From: an uncultured virus (IMG/VR IMGVR_UViG_3300028805_000002)
Taxonomy: Duplodnaviria > Heunggongvirae > Uroviricota > Caudoviricetes
Length of the DNA stretch: 64,000 bases
IMG/VR virus record: IMGVR_UViG_3300028805_000002
Strand: one strand, 5' to 3'
Below, piece by piece: positions 19,211 through 29,044 of the stretch. Each line of letters starts with the position of its first letter. Within the stretch, counting starts at the first letter, position 1. The position numbers were made by a program, and so were the translations under genes. The notes below the pieces were generated by a model, which saw only the letters and a list, made by a program, of their open reading frames with translations, did not search any database and was not told the DNA's origin.

Positions 19211-21534
19211 TGAAGCAGATTTCATTGTTTGACGATTTAAGTCGGCCAGATAAGTCCGAAGACATAGCACTCGTCAAGAAGTCCAATTCTAAATCTAAGA
19301 AGATTACTCCCACAAAGAAAAGTGGGAGTTTATCTTCTAAGATAAAATTTATCCGTGAGTTTGTTGAGCAGTATCTTGGCAAGTATAGAGATAAATACAT
19401 CTGTATTCGAGACGTTGATACATTACATAAATATGTTGATACGTGTCTTGCAGATGGAAGAATTGCGCTTGATACAGAGACAACAGGACTTAATGTGTTT
19501 CAAGATAAAATCGTAGGAATAAGTTTGACTTCTAAAAACAATAAACCCGCGTACATTCCAATAAATCACGTTATTTACAATGTTGCAGACAACTCTTTTA
19601 CGCTGGCTGAAAATCAGTTGACGATAGAGCAGATACTTCCAGAGTTGAAAAGACTGGCTAACGTGTCTGAAGTCGATATGTTTAACGCCGTATTCGATAA
19701 GCGCGTTATAAAGCACGGATTTGGAATTTACTTTCCTTGCACTTTTGATACTTCTATTGGCGCAAAGATGCTGAATGAGTTGAAGCCGCCGAAGTGGTAT
19801 AAACTTAAAATCGTTCACTGTGAGTGGTGTCTTGACGGTAAGGAAGACGAGTTCTCATTTGACGAACTTTTTAACGATGTTGGATTTGATAAAGTGCCTA
19901 TTGACGTTGGTTATTTGTATGCGTGTCGTGACGCGGAGATTACTTATGAGTTGTCAGACTTTGAGCGTCAATATCTGTATTACAATCCAGAGCAGGATTT
20001 TAGTGCAAGAAATGGTATGAACGGTGCGTCTTGGTGTTTCTTCAATATAGAGATGCCTTGTGAAGATGCTACAATGGAACTCGAAGAAAACGGCGTTACG
20101 CTTGATTTGGAGTATCAAAAACAACTCTCTATTAGGTATCATCAACTCGAAGAAGATGTGCTGAAAAAGTTTAACGAGAGTTTACTGCCATATCAAGACA
20201 CAATAAACGCATTACGTAGTAGAGGTGCTAAACTCGACAATCCAATAAACATCAACAGTACGTCACAGTTGCCTATTCTGTTGTATGACATCTTGGGACT
20301 TGATGCTGGAATAAATAAAAGAACAAAGAAACCCGAGCGCGGTACAGGAGAAGAAGTATTAGCAAAACTTAATCACCCTATTGTTGACATTATTAAAGAG
20401 TATCGAGGCGTTAAGAAACTTATTAGCACGTATATAGATAAGTTGCCTAAGTGTCTTGAGAGCGACGGAAAGATACACGGACAGTTTCATCAATATGGTG
20501 CAAGAACAGGTAGATTTAGTTCATCAGACCCAAATCTTCAAAACATACCGAGTAAGAACAAAGACATACGACCGATGTTCGTTGCAAGTCCGGGACATCT
20601 TTTGATTTCAATGGACTATTCACAGCAAGAGCCTTCTTGTCTTGCGTCATTCTGCAAGAAAATGGGATATGATGCGTTGTTCAATGCAAGATTTAAGGGC
20701 AACGATTTGTATAGTGAGGTTGCTAGTGCTATCTTCAATTTGCCTTATGAGGACTGTGTTGAGCATAGAGCAGACGGCAGTATCAATAAAGAAGGCAAGA
20801 AGAGAAGAAACGACGCAAAGCCAGTTCTTTTGGGCATCTTGTATGATAGAGGAGATGATAGCGTAGCAGAGGCACTCGATATTTCATTAGAAGAGGCAAA
20901 GCGACTTCATCAAAATCTGTATAAAAGATTTCCAGAGATATTGGTTTTTGAGCAAGAAAGTGTTAAGATGGCAACAGAGTTGGGTTACGTTGATACAATC
21001 TGTGGACGTAAGTGTAGAATACCTGATATGTTACTTGACGAGTACGAGTTTGAATGGGTAGACGCACCGAAGAATGATGATGTGCTCGATTTCGAGAATG
21101 ACGTTGACACACAGGTGCCAGATGACTTATGCGACAAGTATTGGAACAAGTTACATCGAAAGTATGCTAAGAAAAGAGAAATCTTTAAAGAAGCCAACGA
21201 AAAAGACGGAATATGGATTATTGATAACAGAACAAAGATAGCAGACGCTACAAGACAATGTGTTAATAGTCGTATTCAAGGAAGTGCCGCAGACCTTACG
21301 AAGAAAGCGATGCAAGAGGTACTTAAAAATAAGAGACTGACGGAACTTGGATTTAAGTTGATAATTCAAGTACACGACGAACTTATTGGCGAGTGTCCAG
21401 AAGAGAACATCAAAGAGTGTTCGGAGTTATTAGCAGAAGTAATGTCTAAGGCCGCAGAAGAGTTGATTGGTATGCCGTTCTCTTGTGACGCAGAGATTTC
21501 ACGCGCTTGGTACGGTGAAAGATATGAAATTTAA
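19210..21534 (+). CDS. polA: Family A DNA polymerase with 3'-5' exonuclease
   Basis: DTETTG, TGRFSSSDPNLQNIP, DYSQQE, IQGSAAD, QVHDE; N-terminal QISLF. Confidence 0.95.
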   Translation: MKQISLFDDLSRPDKSEDIALVKKSNSKSKKITPTKKSGSLSSKIKFIREFVEQYLGKYRDKYICIRDVDTLHKYVDTCLADGRIALDTETTGLNVFQDKIVGISLTSKNNKPAYIPINHVIYNVADNSFTLAENQLTIEQILPELKRLANVSEVDMFNAVFDKRVIKHGFGIYFPCTFDTSIGAKMLNELKPPKWYKLKIVHCEWCLDGKEDEFSFDELFNDVGFDKVPIDVGYLYACRDAEITYELSDFERQYLYYNPEQDFSARNGMNGASWCFFNIEMPCEDATMELEENGVTLDLEYQKQLSIRYHQLEEDVLKKFNESLLPYQDTINALRSRGAKLDNPININSTSQLPILLYDILGLDAGINKRTKKPERGTGEEVLAKLNHPIVDIIKEYRGVKKLISTYIDKLPKCLESDGKIHGQFHQYGARTGRFSSSDPNLQNIPSKNKDIRPMFVASPGHLLISMDYSQQEPSCLASFCKKMGYDALFNARFKGNDLYSEVASAIFNLPYEDCVEHRADGSINKEGKKRRNDAKPVLLGILYDRGDDSVAEALDISLEEAKRLHQNLYKRFPEILVFEQESVKMATELGYVDTICGRKCRIPDMLLDEYEFEWVDAPKNDDVLDFENDVDTQVPDDLCDKYWNKLHRKYAKKREIFKEANEKDGIWIIDNRTKIADATRQCVNSRIQGSAADLTKKAMQEVLKNKRLTELGFKLIIQVHDELIGECPEENIKECSELLAEVMSKAAEELIGMPFSCDAEISRAWYGERYEI

Positions 21535-21546
21535 GGAGGTAACCGT

Positions 21547-22284
21547 ATGTCTAACATTGACAATGTAGTTCCAGGAGACAAGTGGGAATTTGACGCTGAA
21601 GTAGCCGACTGTTTTTCTGATATGCTGTCACGCTCTATTCCTCAGTATGACGTTATGCGTGACACATCCGCAAGTCTGGCCACTGACATTATTCAGCAGA
21701 ATAACGCGTATCGAGATTTTAATTTGCTCGATATTGGTTGCTCTGACGGACTTATGATACAAACGCTGTTGCAGAAGTTGAAAGGTAACAAGGGAAGAAT
21801 ATTGGGTGTAGATGTTTCTGAGCCGATGTTACAGAAAGCAGAGGAGAGATTTAAACTCAATAACGGTGTATCAAGTATTTCCGTTGCTATTCAGAATTGC
21901 GATTTACGTTATGCGTTTCCTAAGAACAACTATGACGTAATCACATCCATTCTTTCAATTCAGTTTATACCGATTGAGTATAGACAGACGATACTTCAAA
22001 ACATCTATGATAACTTAGTTCCCGGCGGTGCTTTTATCTTTGTTGAGAAAGTTCTGGGCAATACAGCAGAGTTGAACAAGTTATTTGTTAAGGAATACTA
22101 CGACTTAAAGAAACAGAATGGATATTCAGAAGACCAGATTGAGCGTAAGCGATTATCTCTTGAGGGTGTTCTTGTACCAGTAACGAGCGATTGGAACAAA
22201 TCCCTGTTACAGCAAGCAGGTTTCAGACAGATTGATGATTTTTGGAGGTGGATGAACTTTGTCGGATATATTGCAATCAAATGA
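21547..22284 (+). CDS. cmoA: Carboxy-S-adenosylmethionine synthase (CmoA family)
   Basis: WEFDAEVA..F.DMLSRSIPQY, DIGCSDG, SIQF, PGGAFIFVEK, NGYS..QI..KRLSLEGV, WMNF match the CmoA pattern along the whole length. Confidence 0.88.
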   Translation: MSNIDNVVPGDKWEFDAEVADCFSDMLSRSIPQYDVMRDTSASLATDIIQQNNAYRDFNLLDIGCSDGLMIQTLLQKLKGNKGRILGVDVSEPMLQKAEERFKLNNGVSSISVAIQNCDLRYAFPKNNYDVITSILSIQFIPIEYRQTILQNIYDNLVPGGAFIFVEKVLGNTAELNKLFVKEYYDLKKQNGYSEDQIERKRLSLEGVLVPVTSDWNKSLLQQAGFRQIDDFWRWMNFVGYIAIK

Positions 22285-23260
22285 GTCTTTGACCGCTGTT
22301 GACTTGTTTTGTGGTGCTGGTATCGGTGCTTATGGTATAAAGAAAGCAGGTTACAATATTTTATTTGGTGTTGACAATGACGAGTTCGCTGTTGAGACAT
22401 ACAATACAAATATTGGTAATCACGCAATCTGTCAGGATATTCGTAAACTAAAATCGTCAGATATTCCTGAGCACGATTTGATGATAGCAACGCCCGTATG
22501 TAAGCCGTTTTCTGTGTGTGGTGCAAGACGATTAACAAATGACGAGAAGTATGGTGACTTGTTAGCCGAGACACTTCGTATATTTTCAGAGTGCAAGCCT
22601 AAAGCACTGTTCTTTGAGAATGTTGCAGGTCTTGTAATGGATAAGAGTTTGCCAATCTTTTTAGAGTTTGTTGAGCAGATACAAGACTATGGTTATTGTG
22701 TTTATTGGAATACATTTAACTGTTGGGATTACGGTGTACCGCAAGAGCGTGTAAGAGTGTTTCTCGTGGCAATTAGGACAGACATTCCAAATGAGTTTAT
22801 ATGGCCTGAGCCACTTGTACGAAACAAGGCCGTTATGCGTGATGCAATCTACGATTTAAAGGATAAGACAATCGCAGATATTAAAAATCATAACACGGAC
22901 TATGTAAAGCACTTCGACAATGCAATGGTTGTTAAACATAGACAGCGTGGTTGGGACGAGCCTGCTATGACTGTTTTGTCCGATGCAGATAGTCAGCAGT
23001 ATTATCCAGAGCCTAAGATAACAGATTGGAAAGACTTTGATAATATGCCGAGAAGAATGTCAGTAAGAGAACATTTGCGATTACAGACTGTCGGCGATGA
23101 CTTTTATTTTCCTGATGATGTGCCGTTGCGCGAGCAGTATATCCGTTGCTCTGGCGTACCAAGTCTGATGGCATACAAGATAGGAACAGCAATTAAAGAG
23201 TGTCTTTTGGGCAAAACGCCTATTAGAACATACGAAAGAAAGCAACAGACATTATTTTAA
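22259..23260 (+). CDS. C5 DNA cytosine methyltransferase-family enzyme; predicted carboxymethyltransferase
   Basis: Motif I DLFCGAG, IV TPVCKPFS, VI FENV, VIII PQERVRVF; atypical motif X QYIRCSGVP; TTG start after GGAGGTG, overlapping cmoA. Confidence 0.85.
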   Translation: MSDILQSNESLTAVDLFCGAGIGAYGIKKAGYNILFGVDNDEFAVETYNTNIGNHAICQDIRKLKSSDIPEHDLMIATPVCKPFSVCGARRLTNDEKYGDLLAETLRIFSECKPKALFFENVAGLVMDKSLPIFLEFVEQIQDYGYCVYWNTFNCWDYGVPQERVRVFLVAIRTDIPNEFIWPEPLVRNKAVMRDAIYDLKDKTIADIKNHNTDYVKHFDNAMVVKHRQRGWDEPAMTVLSDADSQQYYPEPKITDWKDFDNMPRRMSVREHLRLQTVGDDFYFPDDVPLREQYIRCSGVPSLMAYKIGTAIKECLLGKTPIRTYERKQQTLF

Positions 23261-23272
23261 GGAGGAAACACA

Positions 23273-24343
23273 ATGTCAACATTTACAACGGAATCATTAA
23301 AGAAACTGGTATCATACGCAATCCAGGGCGCAGGTCTTAACGACAAGATTGAACTCTCAAAGTACATTGGAATAAGAATTTCTGATGGCGTGATTTATCT
23401 TAACACGACAGACGGCGAGAACTTTTTAAGCGTGTCGGACACTTGCGTTGCTGATGATATGGACATTACGTTAGATGCCGATACGTTTTCAAAACTTATT
23501 GGTAAGATTAACTCTGACACAGTAGACCTTGATATGGTTGATAACACTCTTGTAGTAAAGGGAAACGGCAAGTACACACTCGAACTTATCACAGATGACG
23601 CTGGAAATACTCTGTCATTTCCAGATAGATTTCCTGAACTGTCAGAAACACTTGGAAACATTAGTGCTGAGGACTTGCTTGCAATAAATACAACTATTAA
23701 GGCATCACTGAGTACAGTTGTTGGTAGCACATATTCATCATATTATTTTGGAAGTGTTGTCGCAAGCACAGACAGAGTTATGATGTCCATTTTTAATCGT
23801 AGTGTGTTTGACGAGCCTTATATGCTTAACAGGCAGTTTGTTGATTTAATGTGTCTCGGCAATTCACCTGTTGTGCTGTCAAAATCAGAGAACACTATTG
23901 TGTCAGAGGCGCAGATAACCGATTCCTGCACAATTAGTGTATGCACAAGGCTTACAACTAACACTTCTGATTTTAGGCTTGACGTAATTCAGAAGTTTAA
24001 TGCACTTACAACGGACTCATTTTGTCGATTTAAGAGAGCGGATATGCTTAGTCTCCTTGATAGACTTTCTTTGTTCGTAAGCAGATTTGATGATGGTGCG
24101 ATTGAACTTCACTTCACCGATAAGTATGTTGAGGTTTCTTCATTAAAGAGTAATGGCGTAGAACGTGTCGATTATACAGAGAGCAAAGACATAAAGGACA
24201 TCACGATAAAGATTAACATTGATAGGTTTAGAAATCAGTTAAAGGCGTATAGTTCTGATATTGTTGATTTGTATTATGGAAGTGACGTTTGCATTAAGTT
24301 GATTGATGGAGATATGACGCAGATTATTGCTTTAATTAAGTAA
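23273..24343 (+). CDS. DNA sliding clamp (DnaN/beta-like)
   Basis: 356 aa; TTDG and STDR repeat positions and overall layout of a beta clamp; clamp-loader genes present. Confidence 0.7.
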   Translation: MSTFTTESLKKLVSYAIQGAGLNDKIELSKYIGIRISDGVIYLNTTDGENFLSVSDTCVADDMDITLDADTFSKLIGKINSDTVDLDMVDNTLVVKGNGKYTLELITDDAGNTLSFPDRFPELSETLGNISAEDLLAINTTIKASLSTVVGSTYSSYYFGSVVASTDRVMMSIFNRSVFDEPYMLNRQFVDLMCLGNSPVVLSKSENTIVSEAQITDSCTISVCTRLTTNTSDFRLDVIQKFNALTTDSFCRFKRADMLSLLDRLSLFVSRFDDGAIELHFTDKYVEVSSLKSNGVERVDYTESKDIKDITIKINIDRFRNQLKAYSSDIVDLYYGSDVCIKLIDGDMTQIIALIK

Positions 24344-24367
24344 TAAGAACAACAAAACATTTACTAG

Positions 24368-24393
24368 AGGGCGAGTAATCGCCCTTTATTTTT
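24368..24393 (+). terminator. Rho-independent terminator
   Basis: AGGGCGA-gtaa-TCGCCCT and T tract. Confidence 0.8.
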
Positions 24394-24419
24394 GTCATCA
24401 AATTGTAATATTTAGTTTG

Positions 24420-24448
24420 TTGATTTTCAATCTATCGTTTAGTATAAT
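24420..24448 (+). promoter_or_regulatory. SigA-type promoter with ATCGTTTAG spacer motif
   Basis: TTGATT-17nt-TATAAT. Confidence 0.75.
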
Positions 24449-24501
24449 GTTTACAGTTGATAACTATAATCAACGAGAAAGAGAGACAGAGGTAAATTGA
24501 T

Positions 24502-24702
24502 ATGTCAGATATGGAAAAGTTTATGAAACTCTTTGATGAACTCGGTATTAAGTACGAAGTAAACGGAGACACGTTGTATTTAGAAACTGATGTCGATGGC
24601 GCTCAAGAATTTGGTGTATCTTTTTGGGACGGCGAAGATTATCCGAAAGGAAAGTTTCACGAATTTTGGGTAGTTCCTGTTGACTGGTTTTACCGACGCT
24701 AG
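24502..24702 (+). CDS. Small acidic hypothetical protein
   Basis: First ORF after the promoter; RBS GAGGT. Confidence 0.55.
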   Translation: MSDMEKFMKLFDELGIKYEVNGDTLYLETDVDGAQEFGVSFWDGEDYPKGKFHEFWVVPVDWFYRR

Positions 24703-24714
24703 AGGTATAATGAT

Positions 24715-24912
24715 ATGAGAGAAGAATATTATGTTCCTACATCAATGATGAATGACTGGAAAAGAATTTGTGAAGCATTTGCAGATAAATTCGGCTATAG
24801 GTTGCTTTTCGTAAATGAGACTTCTTGTGGAGTAGAACTTAAAGACGGAAGTTTTAAGCATATTTATATAGATGAAATGCAGGAGATATTGAAGAATGTT
24901 GACAATGCTTAA
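24715..24912 (+). CDS. Hypothetical protein
   Basis: RBS GAGGT; in operon. Confidence 0.55.
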   Translation: MREEYYVPTSMMNDWKRICEAFADKFGYRLLFVNETSCGVELKDGSFKHIYIDEMQEILKNVDNA

Positions 24913-25480
24913 AGACTACAAGGGCGCTATTGAGATTAACGGCGAAAAGTATGATAGTGTAAAAGACGCTATAAAGCGATTTAAGAGCGACAGCGACACA
25001 ATAACGATAAAGTTATCATCTAAGAACGAGACGCACGACAGAGAGCGCGTGAGAGCGTCAGAACGCAAAGCGCAGAAGAAGATAACTGTTAAGCAATATA
25101 TGACAAGACCCGCGACTGACGATTTTACTTTTATGCGTGATTGGAATGATAATGTTCCTATGCCATTACGTACTATGATAGGAACAGTTGAGAAAGAAAC
25201 TCGTGGTATGGTCTATATGAAACTTCACGGTGATATAACCGAAGAAAAGACCCTGCATTGTCTTAAATGCGGAAGACCTATAACAAACCCTGTATCACAG
25301 TATTTTGGTATGGGACCAGAATGTGGTTGTCATAATTATATCAATCCTTTCTACTCTAAAGAGGAGTTAGAGCAGGCGGTAAAAGATTATCGTGAGAATG
25401 TTTTGAAAAACTTAACTTGGGAGGGATGGATTATTCGGTCAGCAATTTTAAGTGAGGAGGACGTAGATGATAGAACCTAA
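24896..25480 (+). CDS. DUF6011-like zinc-binding protein
   Basis: CLKCGRPITNPVS...GMGPEC. Confidence 0.6.
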   Translation: MLTMLKDYKGAIEINGEKYDSVKDAIKRFKSDSDTITIKLSSKNETHDRERVRASERKAQKKITVKQYMTRPATDDFTFMRDWNDNVPMPLRTMIGTVEKETRGMVYMKLHGDITEEKTLHCLKCGRPITNPVSQYFGMGPECGCHNYINPFYSKEELEQAVKDYRENVLKNLTWEGWIIRSAILSEEDVDDRT

Positions 25481-25808
25481 AGATGAGGCTTGGTGGGAAG
25501 ATATGAACTGGGACGCACAACAGTATGAGGCAGACAAAGGAGATTATGAAGATGAATAACCCAGTTTTAGACTTCATTATATATTTTATAATGGGTCAAA
25601 TTCTGTTTTGGATAGGGCATTGGAGAGGTAGAAAATGGGAACAACGAAAGCATACGGAGGGTGATAACTAATGACTGTTACGAAGATAACAGAAAGACAG
25701 AGCCTTGCAAGAATATTAGGAAGATTGCTTAGTATTCTTATTCACAAAAACATAATTACTAAGGAAGACGCAGAGTACATTCTTAACCCTTATGAGGAGG
25801 ATGAGTAA

Positions 25809-26123
25809 ATGACTAATGGGGAAAAATTGAAACAGATGTTTCCTGACGCAGAAGTATGTCGTATAAGTCAAAATTACTTCAATCGACATAATCGTGTAAC
25901 AGGGTTGAGATTTAAGGGAGAGTCCGAGATTGTGTGGTTTCCTATTTCTTGGTGGAATGCTGAATACAAAGAAAGCGAGGAAGTTGATATTTATGAAGAA
26001 CATAGTTGTCTTACTTGTAAATTTGGAAACCTTTATTCAGATAGTGAGCCTTGCTGTAATTGCACAGACGATAACGATATGTATGAACCTAATGAAAGCG
26101 AGGATAAAAATGAAAAACGCTGA
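25809..26123 (+). CDS. Hypothetical protein (MTN...WWNxEY family, Cys-rich tail)
   Basis: MTNGEKLKQMFP...WWNAEY; CLTC..CCNC. Confidence 0.55.
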   Translation: MTNGEKLKQMFPDAEVCRISQNYFNRHNRVTGLRFKGESEIVWFPISWWNAEYKESEEVDIYEEHSCLTCKFGNLYSDSEPCCNCTDDNDMYEPNESEDKNEKR

Positions 26124-26292
26124 CAAATTCAAAGAAGTATTCGGGTTTGAGCCGAGAATGGATAAATGTCTTTCTGAGTCCTGTCGTGATTGTCCGTTGA
26201 AAACTTACGGCTTAGAAATGTCTTGTTATTCATATAGAATGGTAGATTGGTGGAATAGCGAGTATAAGGGGAGCGAGGCAACAAATGACTAA
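26110..26292 (+). CDS. Hypothetical protein (WWNSEY family, Cys-containing)
   Basis: MKNADKFKEVFG...C..C..CP...WWNSEY. Confidence 0.55.
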   Translation: MKNADKFKEVFGFEPRMDKCLSESCRDCPLKTYGLEMSCYSYRMVDWWNSEYKGSEATND

Positions 26293-26443
26293 TGGTGAGA
26301 GAATAATGTCAATGATACCTAACGAGATATTTACAGAGCACACGTACCCGCAGTTAGGCGAGTTCAATAGTCATATTGAATTAGTAATCAACAAAGAGTG
26401 GTGGAATAGCGAATACACAGAAAGCGAGGGAAAAGATGAGTAA
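26285..26443 (+). CDS. Hypothetical 52-aa protein (WWNSEY family; not in ORF track)
   Basis: MTNGERIMSMIP...KEWWNSEY. Confidence 0.5.
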   Translation: MTNGERIMSMIPNEIFTEHTYPQLGEFNSHIELVINKEWWNSEYTESEGKDE

Positions 26444-26723
26444 TACTGTATATTACTTGGCTAAAGTAGCCACATCGTTTGATAAAACAATAACTAAGAC
26501 ATACTACCTTGCGAACTGTTGTCGTGACAATGTGTGGACATTATACGGAGGTGCTTGTGAACCAAAGCGATTTACTTTAAAGTTTCTCGCGGAAAAATCT
26601 AAGGAATACTACGAAAGGTGTGAAAAAGATTGTCCGTCTTTTGTTGATGCTATGGTTGAGTATAAAATTGTTACAGAGTGCCCGTTTGATAGAACAGAAG
26701 GAAAGGAGAACGACAATGAATGA
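26436..26723 (+). CDS. Hypothetical protein
   Basis: Coupled ORF with RBS. Confidence 0.5.
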   Translation: MSNTVYYLAKVATSFDKTITKTYYLANCCRDNVWTLYGGACEPKRFTLKFLAEKSKEYYERCEKDCPSFVDAMVEYKIVTECPFDRTEGKENDNE

Positions 26724-26757
26724 CATAACACCTAAGCACCCGAAAGCGAGGGAAACA

Positions 26758-27126
26758 ATGAACAACGATTTAATCAGCCGTGAGGCATTGAAAGAGGCGG
26801 TAAAAAACCGTTTTGATAATTCTGAATATTTTCCTTTTCACTTTTTAGCACTTATCGACAATGCCACGCCAGTACCACAAGTAACAGTTTTTACCGAAAC
26901 CGCTGATGAAACGGCGGTAGCAGACTTGAAAGCGGAATTGCAGAGCGTAATCGAACCGAGACCGCAAGGCAAGTGGATAAATCATAGGAATGATTACGGT
27001 CATAATATTGCTGATTGTTCACTCTGCGGTAAAACAATGCAATGGCACGATGAAGATGAGGACGGTATTCCAAGATATTGTTGGTATTGTGGAGCGAGAT
27101 TAGAGGAGGCAGAGGAGAATGCTTAA
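26758..27126 (+). CDS. Zinc-ribbon hypothetical protein
   Basis: DLISREAL...RPQGKW...CSLCG...YCWYCGA, a common phage accessory pattern. Confidence 0.6.
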   Translation: MNNDLISREALKEAVKNRFDNSEYFPFHFLALIDNATPVPQVTVFTETADETAVADLKAELQSVIEPRPQGKWINHRNDYGHNIADCSLCGKTMQWHDEDEDGIPRYCWYCGARLEEAEENA

Positions 27127-27514
27127 AGGTAAACCAAAGATACAAATGCCTAATGACCTTGACCCCGAAATCAGAGAACTTATAAGCCTCATCAATAATG
27201 TCGAAGGGATTGAAACACTTGAGAGTTGCTTTGGTCATAATGAAGGTCCGATTGTAATCTGTGGAGAGGCTGATAGCATAGAAGATTTACATAAGTTTAT
27301 GTATAACTACTTCTATTGTGACCAACTTTGGCATTTTGAATTGGTATTAAGTGACATAATGATTGACGAACAGGATTGGGGAAAGGTAGTATTCCTAATG
27401 AAGTCTGATGATAAATATATTGATTTCCCCACTACACAACTTATGGCTGATAACCTAACCAAGAGATTTCAAATTAAACAGGGAGCAGATATGCGGAAAG
27501 GCGGTGCGGAATGA
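27119..27514 (+). CDS. Hypothetical protein with Tyw3-like N-terminal motif
   Basis: LDPEIRELISLINN..GIETLESCFGH resembles the D..I...IN...T.SSC.G pattern. Confidence 0.45.
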   Translation: MLKGKPKIQMPNDLDPEIRELISLINNVEGIETLESCFGHNEGPIVICGEADSIEDLHKFMYNYFYCDQLWHFELVLSDIMIDEQDWGKVVFLMKSDDKYIDFPTTQLMADNLTKRFQIKQGADMRKGGAE

Positions 27515-27774
27515 ACACAGAACAGATACTTAAAGTTTTAAAGAATGAGCGAGAGTGCATCAAGAGGCAGAGCAGACCACTCGGAGAATTTCCACAATGT
27601 CGAAAGGACGACGACGGAGTAAAGTTATGCGAGTATTGTGATTTATGTTTACCAGATACAGAAATACTTGAAGTGTATGACTTCTTGATTAACGGCTACG
27701 AAATGTTGCAGAACGAGGGTGCGGAATCTTATACTATCAGGTTTATACCTAAAGGTGATGCAGAATGGCATTAA
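27511..27774 (+). CDS. Hypothetical protein
   Basis: LKNERECI...CEYCDL. Confidence 0.55.
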   Translation: MNTEQILKVLKNERECIKRQSRPLGEFPQCRKDDDGVKLCEYCDLCLPDTEILEVYDFLINGYEMLQNEGAESYTIRFIPKGDAEWH

Positions 27775-27904
27775 AGAAAAAATTTCAGTCACAGTTGCAT
27801 ATTCATATTTACGATACACCAAGTATTATTATCCGATTGCGTTTAGGAAGAGCGTGGATATATTATTCAGAGTGTCGAATTTGTGGCAAATTGAGAATTA
27901 GAGA

Positions 27905-28087
27905 ATGAAAGGTGATGTCAATATGAGTCTCGATAAAGCAATAGAGCACGGGAAAGAACATCGCGAGCCTTATCGCAAGAGCAAGGCGATTGACAGAACG
28001 TGTCGAAATCACGGCAGTTGTGAGTGGTGTAAAGAGAACAGACTTCATAAATTCAAAAAAGCAGAAATGCGAGGCAAAGAAGAATGA
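27905..28087 (+). CDS. Small basic hypothetical protein
   Basis: MSLDKAI.HGKEHR...CRNHGSCEWC. Confidence 0.6.
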   Translation: MKGDVNMSLDKAIEHGKEHREPYRKSKAIDRTCRNHGSCEWCKENRLHKFKKAEMRGKEE

Positions 28088-28425
28088 CATACAATAAAAG
28101 AGCAACAAGATATTATAGCAGTAGACAGGAAAAGAAAGTAGCAAATGCGGTGAACGGAAAACAAGTTCCTAACAGCGGTGCGGCTACATTTGTTGCTGGA
28201 GATGTAACAACCGATGATTGGCTTATTGAGTGTAAGACCAAGTGTAGCGTTGCTAAGTCTTTTTCAATTAAGAAAGAGTGGTTAGACAAAAATCGTGAAG
28301 AGATGTTTGCTATGGGCAAATCTTATTCTGCACTTGCTTTTGATTTTGGAGACGGGAATAATTATTATGTTCTTGACGAAAAAACATTTTTACTATTAAA
28401 GGAGATGTTAGACAACAATGGCTAG
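28084..28425 (+). CDS. PD-(D/E)xK nuclease, Holliday junction resolvase-like
   Basis: QEK...NSGA...GDV...LIECKT. Confidence 0.7.
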   Translation: MTYNKRATRYYSSRQEKKVANAVNGKQVPNSGAATFVAGDVTTDDWLIECKTKCSVAKSFSIKKEWLDKNREEMFAMGKSYSALAFDFGDGNNYYVLDEKTFLLLKEMLDNNG

Positions 28426-28681
28426 AAAGTATACTCAAATCAATAATTTAGTGTCTGATAGTAGGAACAATCTGCATAAAGCCTATGACAGAGGATATGA
28501 ACAGGCAAAGAAAGACTATCAGCCAGAACGCACACAGTTAAAAGTAGAACCTAGCGAAGGTGGATTACAATTTAGGTGTATCAAGTGTAATCGTCTAATG
28601 ATAGCCAATTACGCATTTTGTCCACATTGTGGAAGAATTGTTGAGAACTGTTTAAATGAAAGGAGTAGTAATAATGATTAA
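28418..28681 (+). CDS. Zinc-ribbon protein
   Basis: CIKC...FCPHCG. Confidence 0.55.
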   Translation: MARKYTQINNLVSDSRNNLHKAYDRGYEQAKKDYQPERTQLKVEPSEGGLQFRCIKCNRLMIANYAFCPHCGRIVENCLNERSSNND

Positions 28682-29027
28682 CTTACCGACAACTGTGGAT
28701 ATTTTAGGACAGACATATTTAATCAAAGAGACAACTGAAAAAGAAACACCCGGGATAAAGGGATTATGGGGACTTTGTGACTTCTCAATTCATTGTATCT
28801 ATATTGATAGAACCGTTGACCCAAATGATGTACGAAATATCGCAAATTTAGACCGTCATTTTAATAAGGTGTTACGCCACGAAATAGTACACGCGTTTCT
28901 TGACGAGAGTGGCTTAATGGAAAACGCCAGATTTGATGATGAACACTTTGAGCAAATGGTAGATTGGATTGCAATTCAATTTCCTAAGTTGATGCAGGTG
29001 TATCAAAAATTAGATATACTGTCGTGA
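28674..29027 (+). CDS. HExxH metallopeptidase-like protein
   Basis: GLCD...VLRHEIVHAFLDESGL...EQMVDW. Confidence 0.65.
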   Translation: MINLPTTVDILGQTYLIKETTEKETPGIKGLWGLCDFSIHCIYIDRTVDPNDVRNIANLDRHFNKVLRHEIVHAFLDESGLMENARFDDEHFEQMVDWIAIQFPKLMQVYQKLDILS

Positions 29028-29044
29028 GAAAGCGAGGAGACTAT

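Noticed and set aside
21547..22284. CmoA acting in tRNA cmo5U modification
   Set aside because: No CmoB partner is seen, and the gene overlaps a DNA C5-MTase inside the replication operon; a DNA role fits better, though it is unproven.
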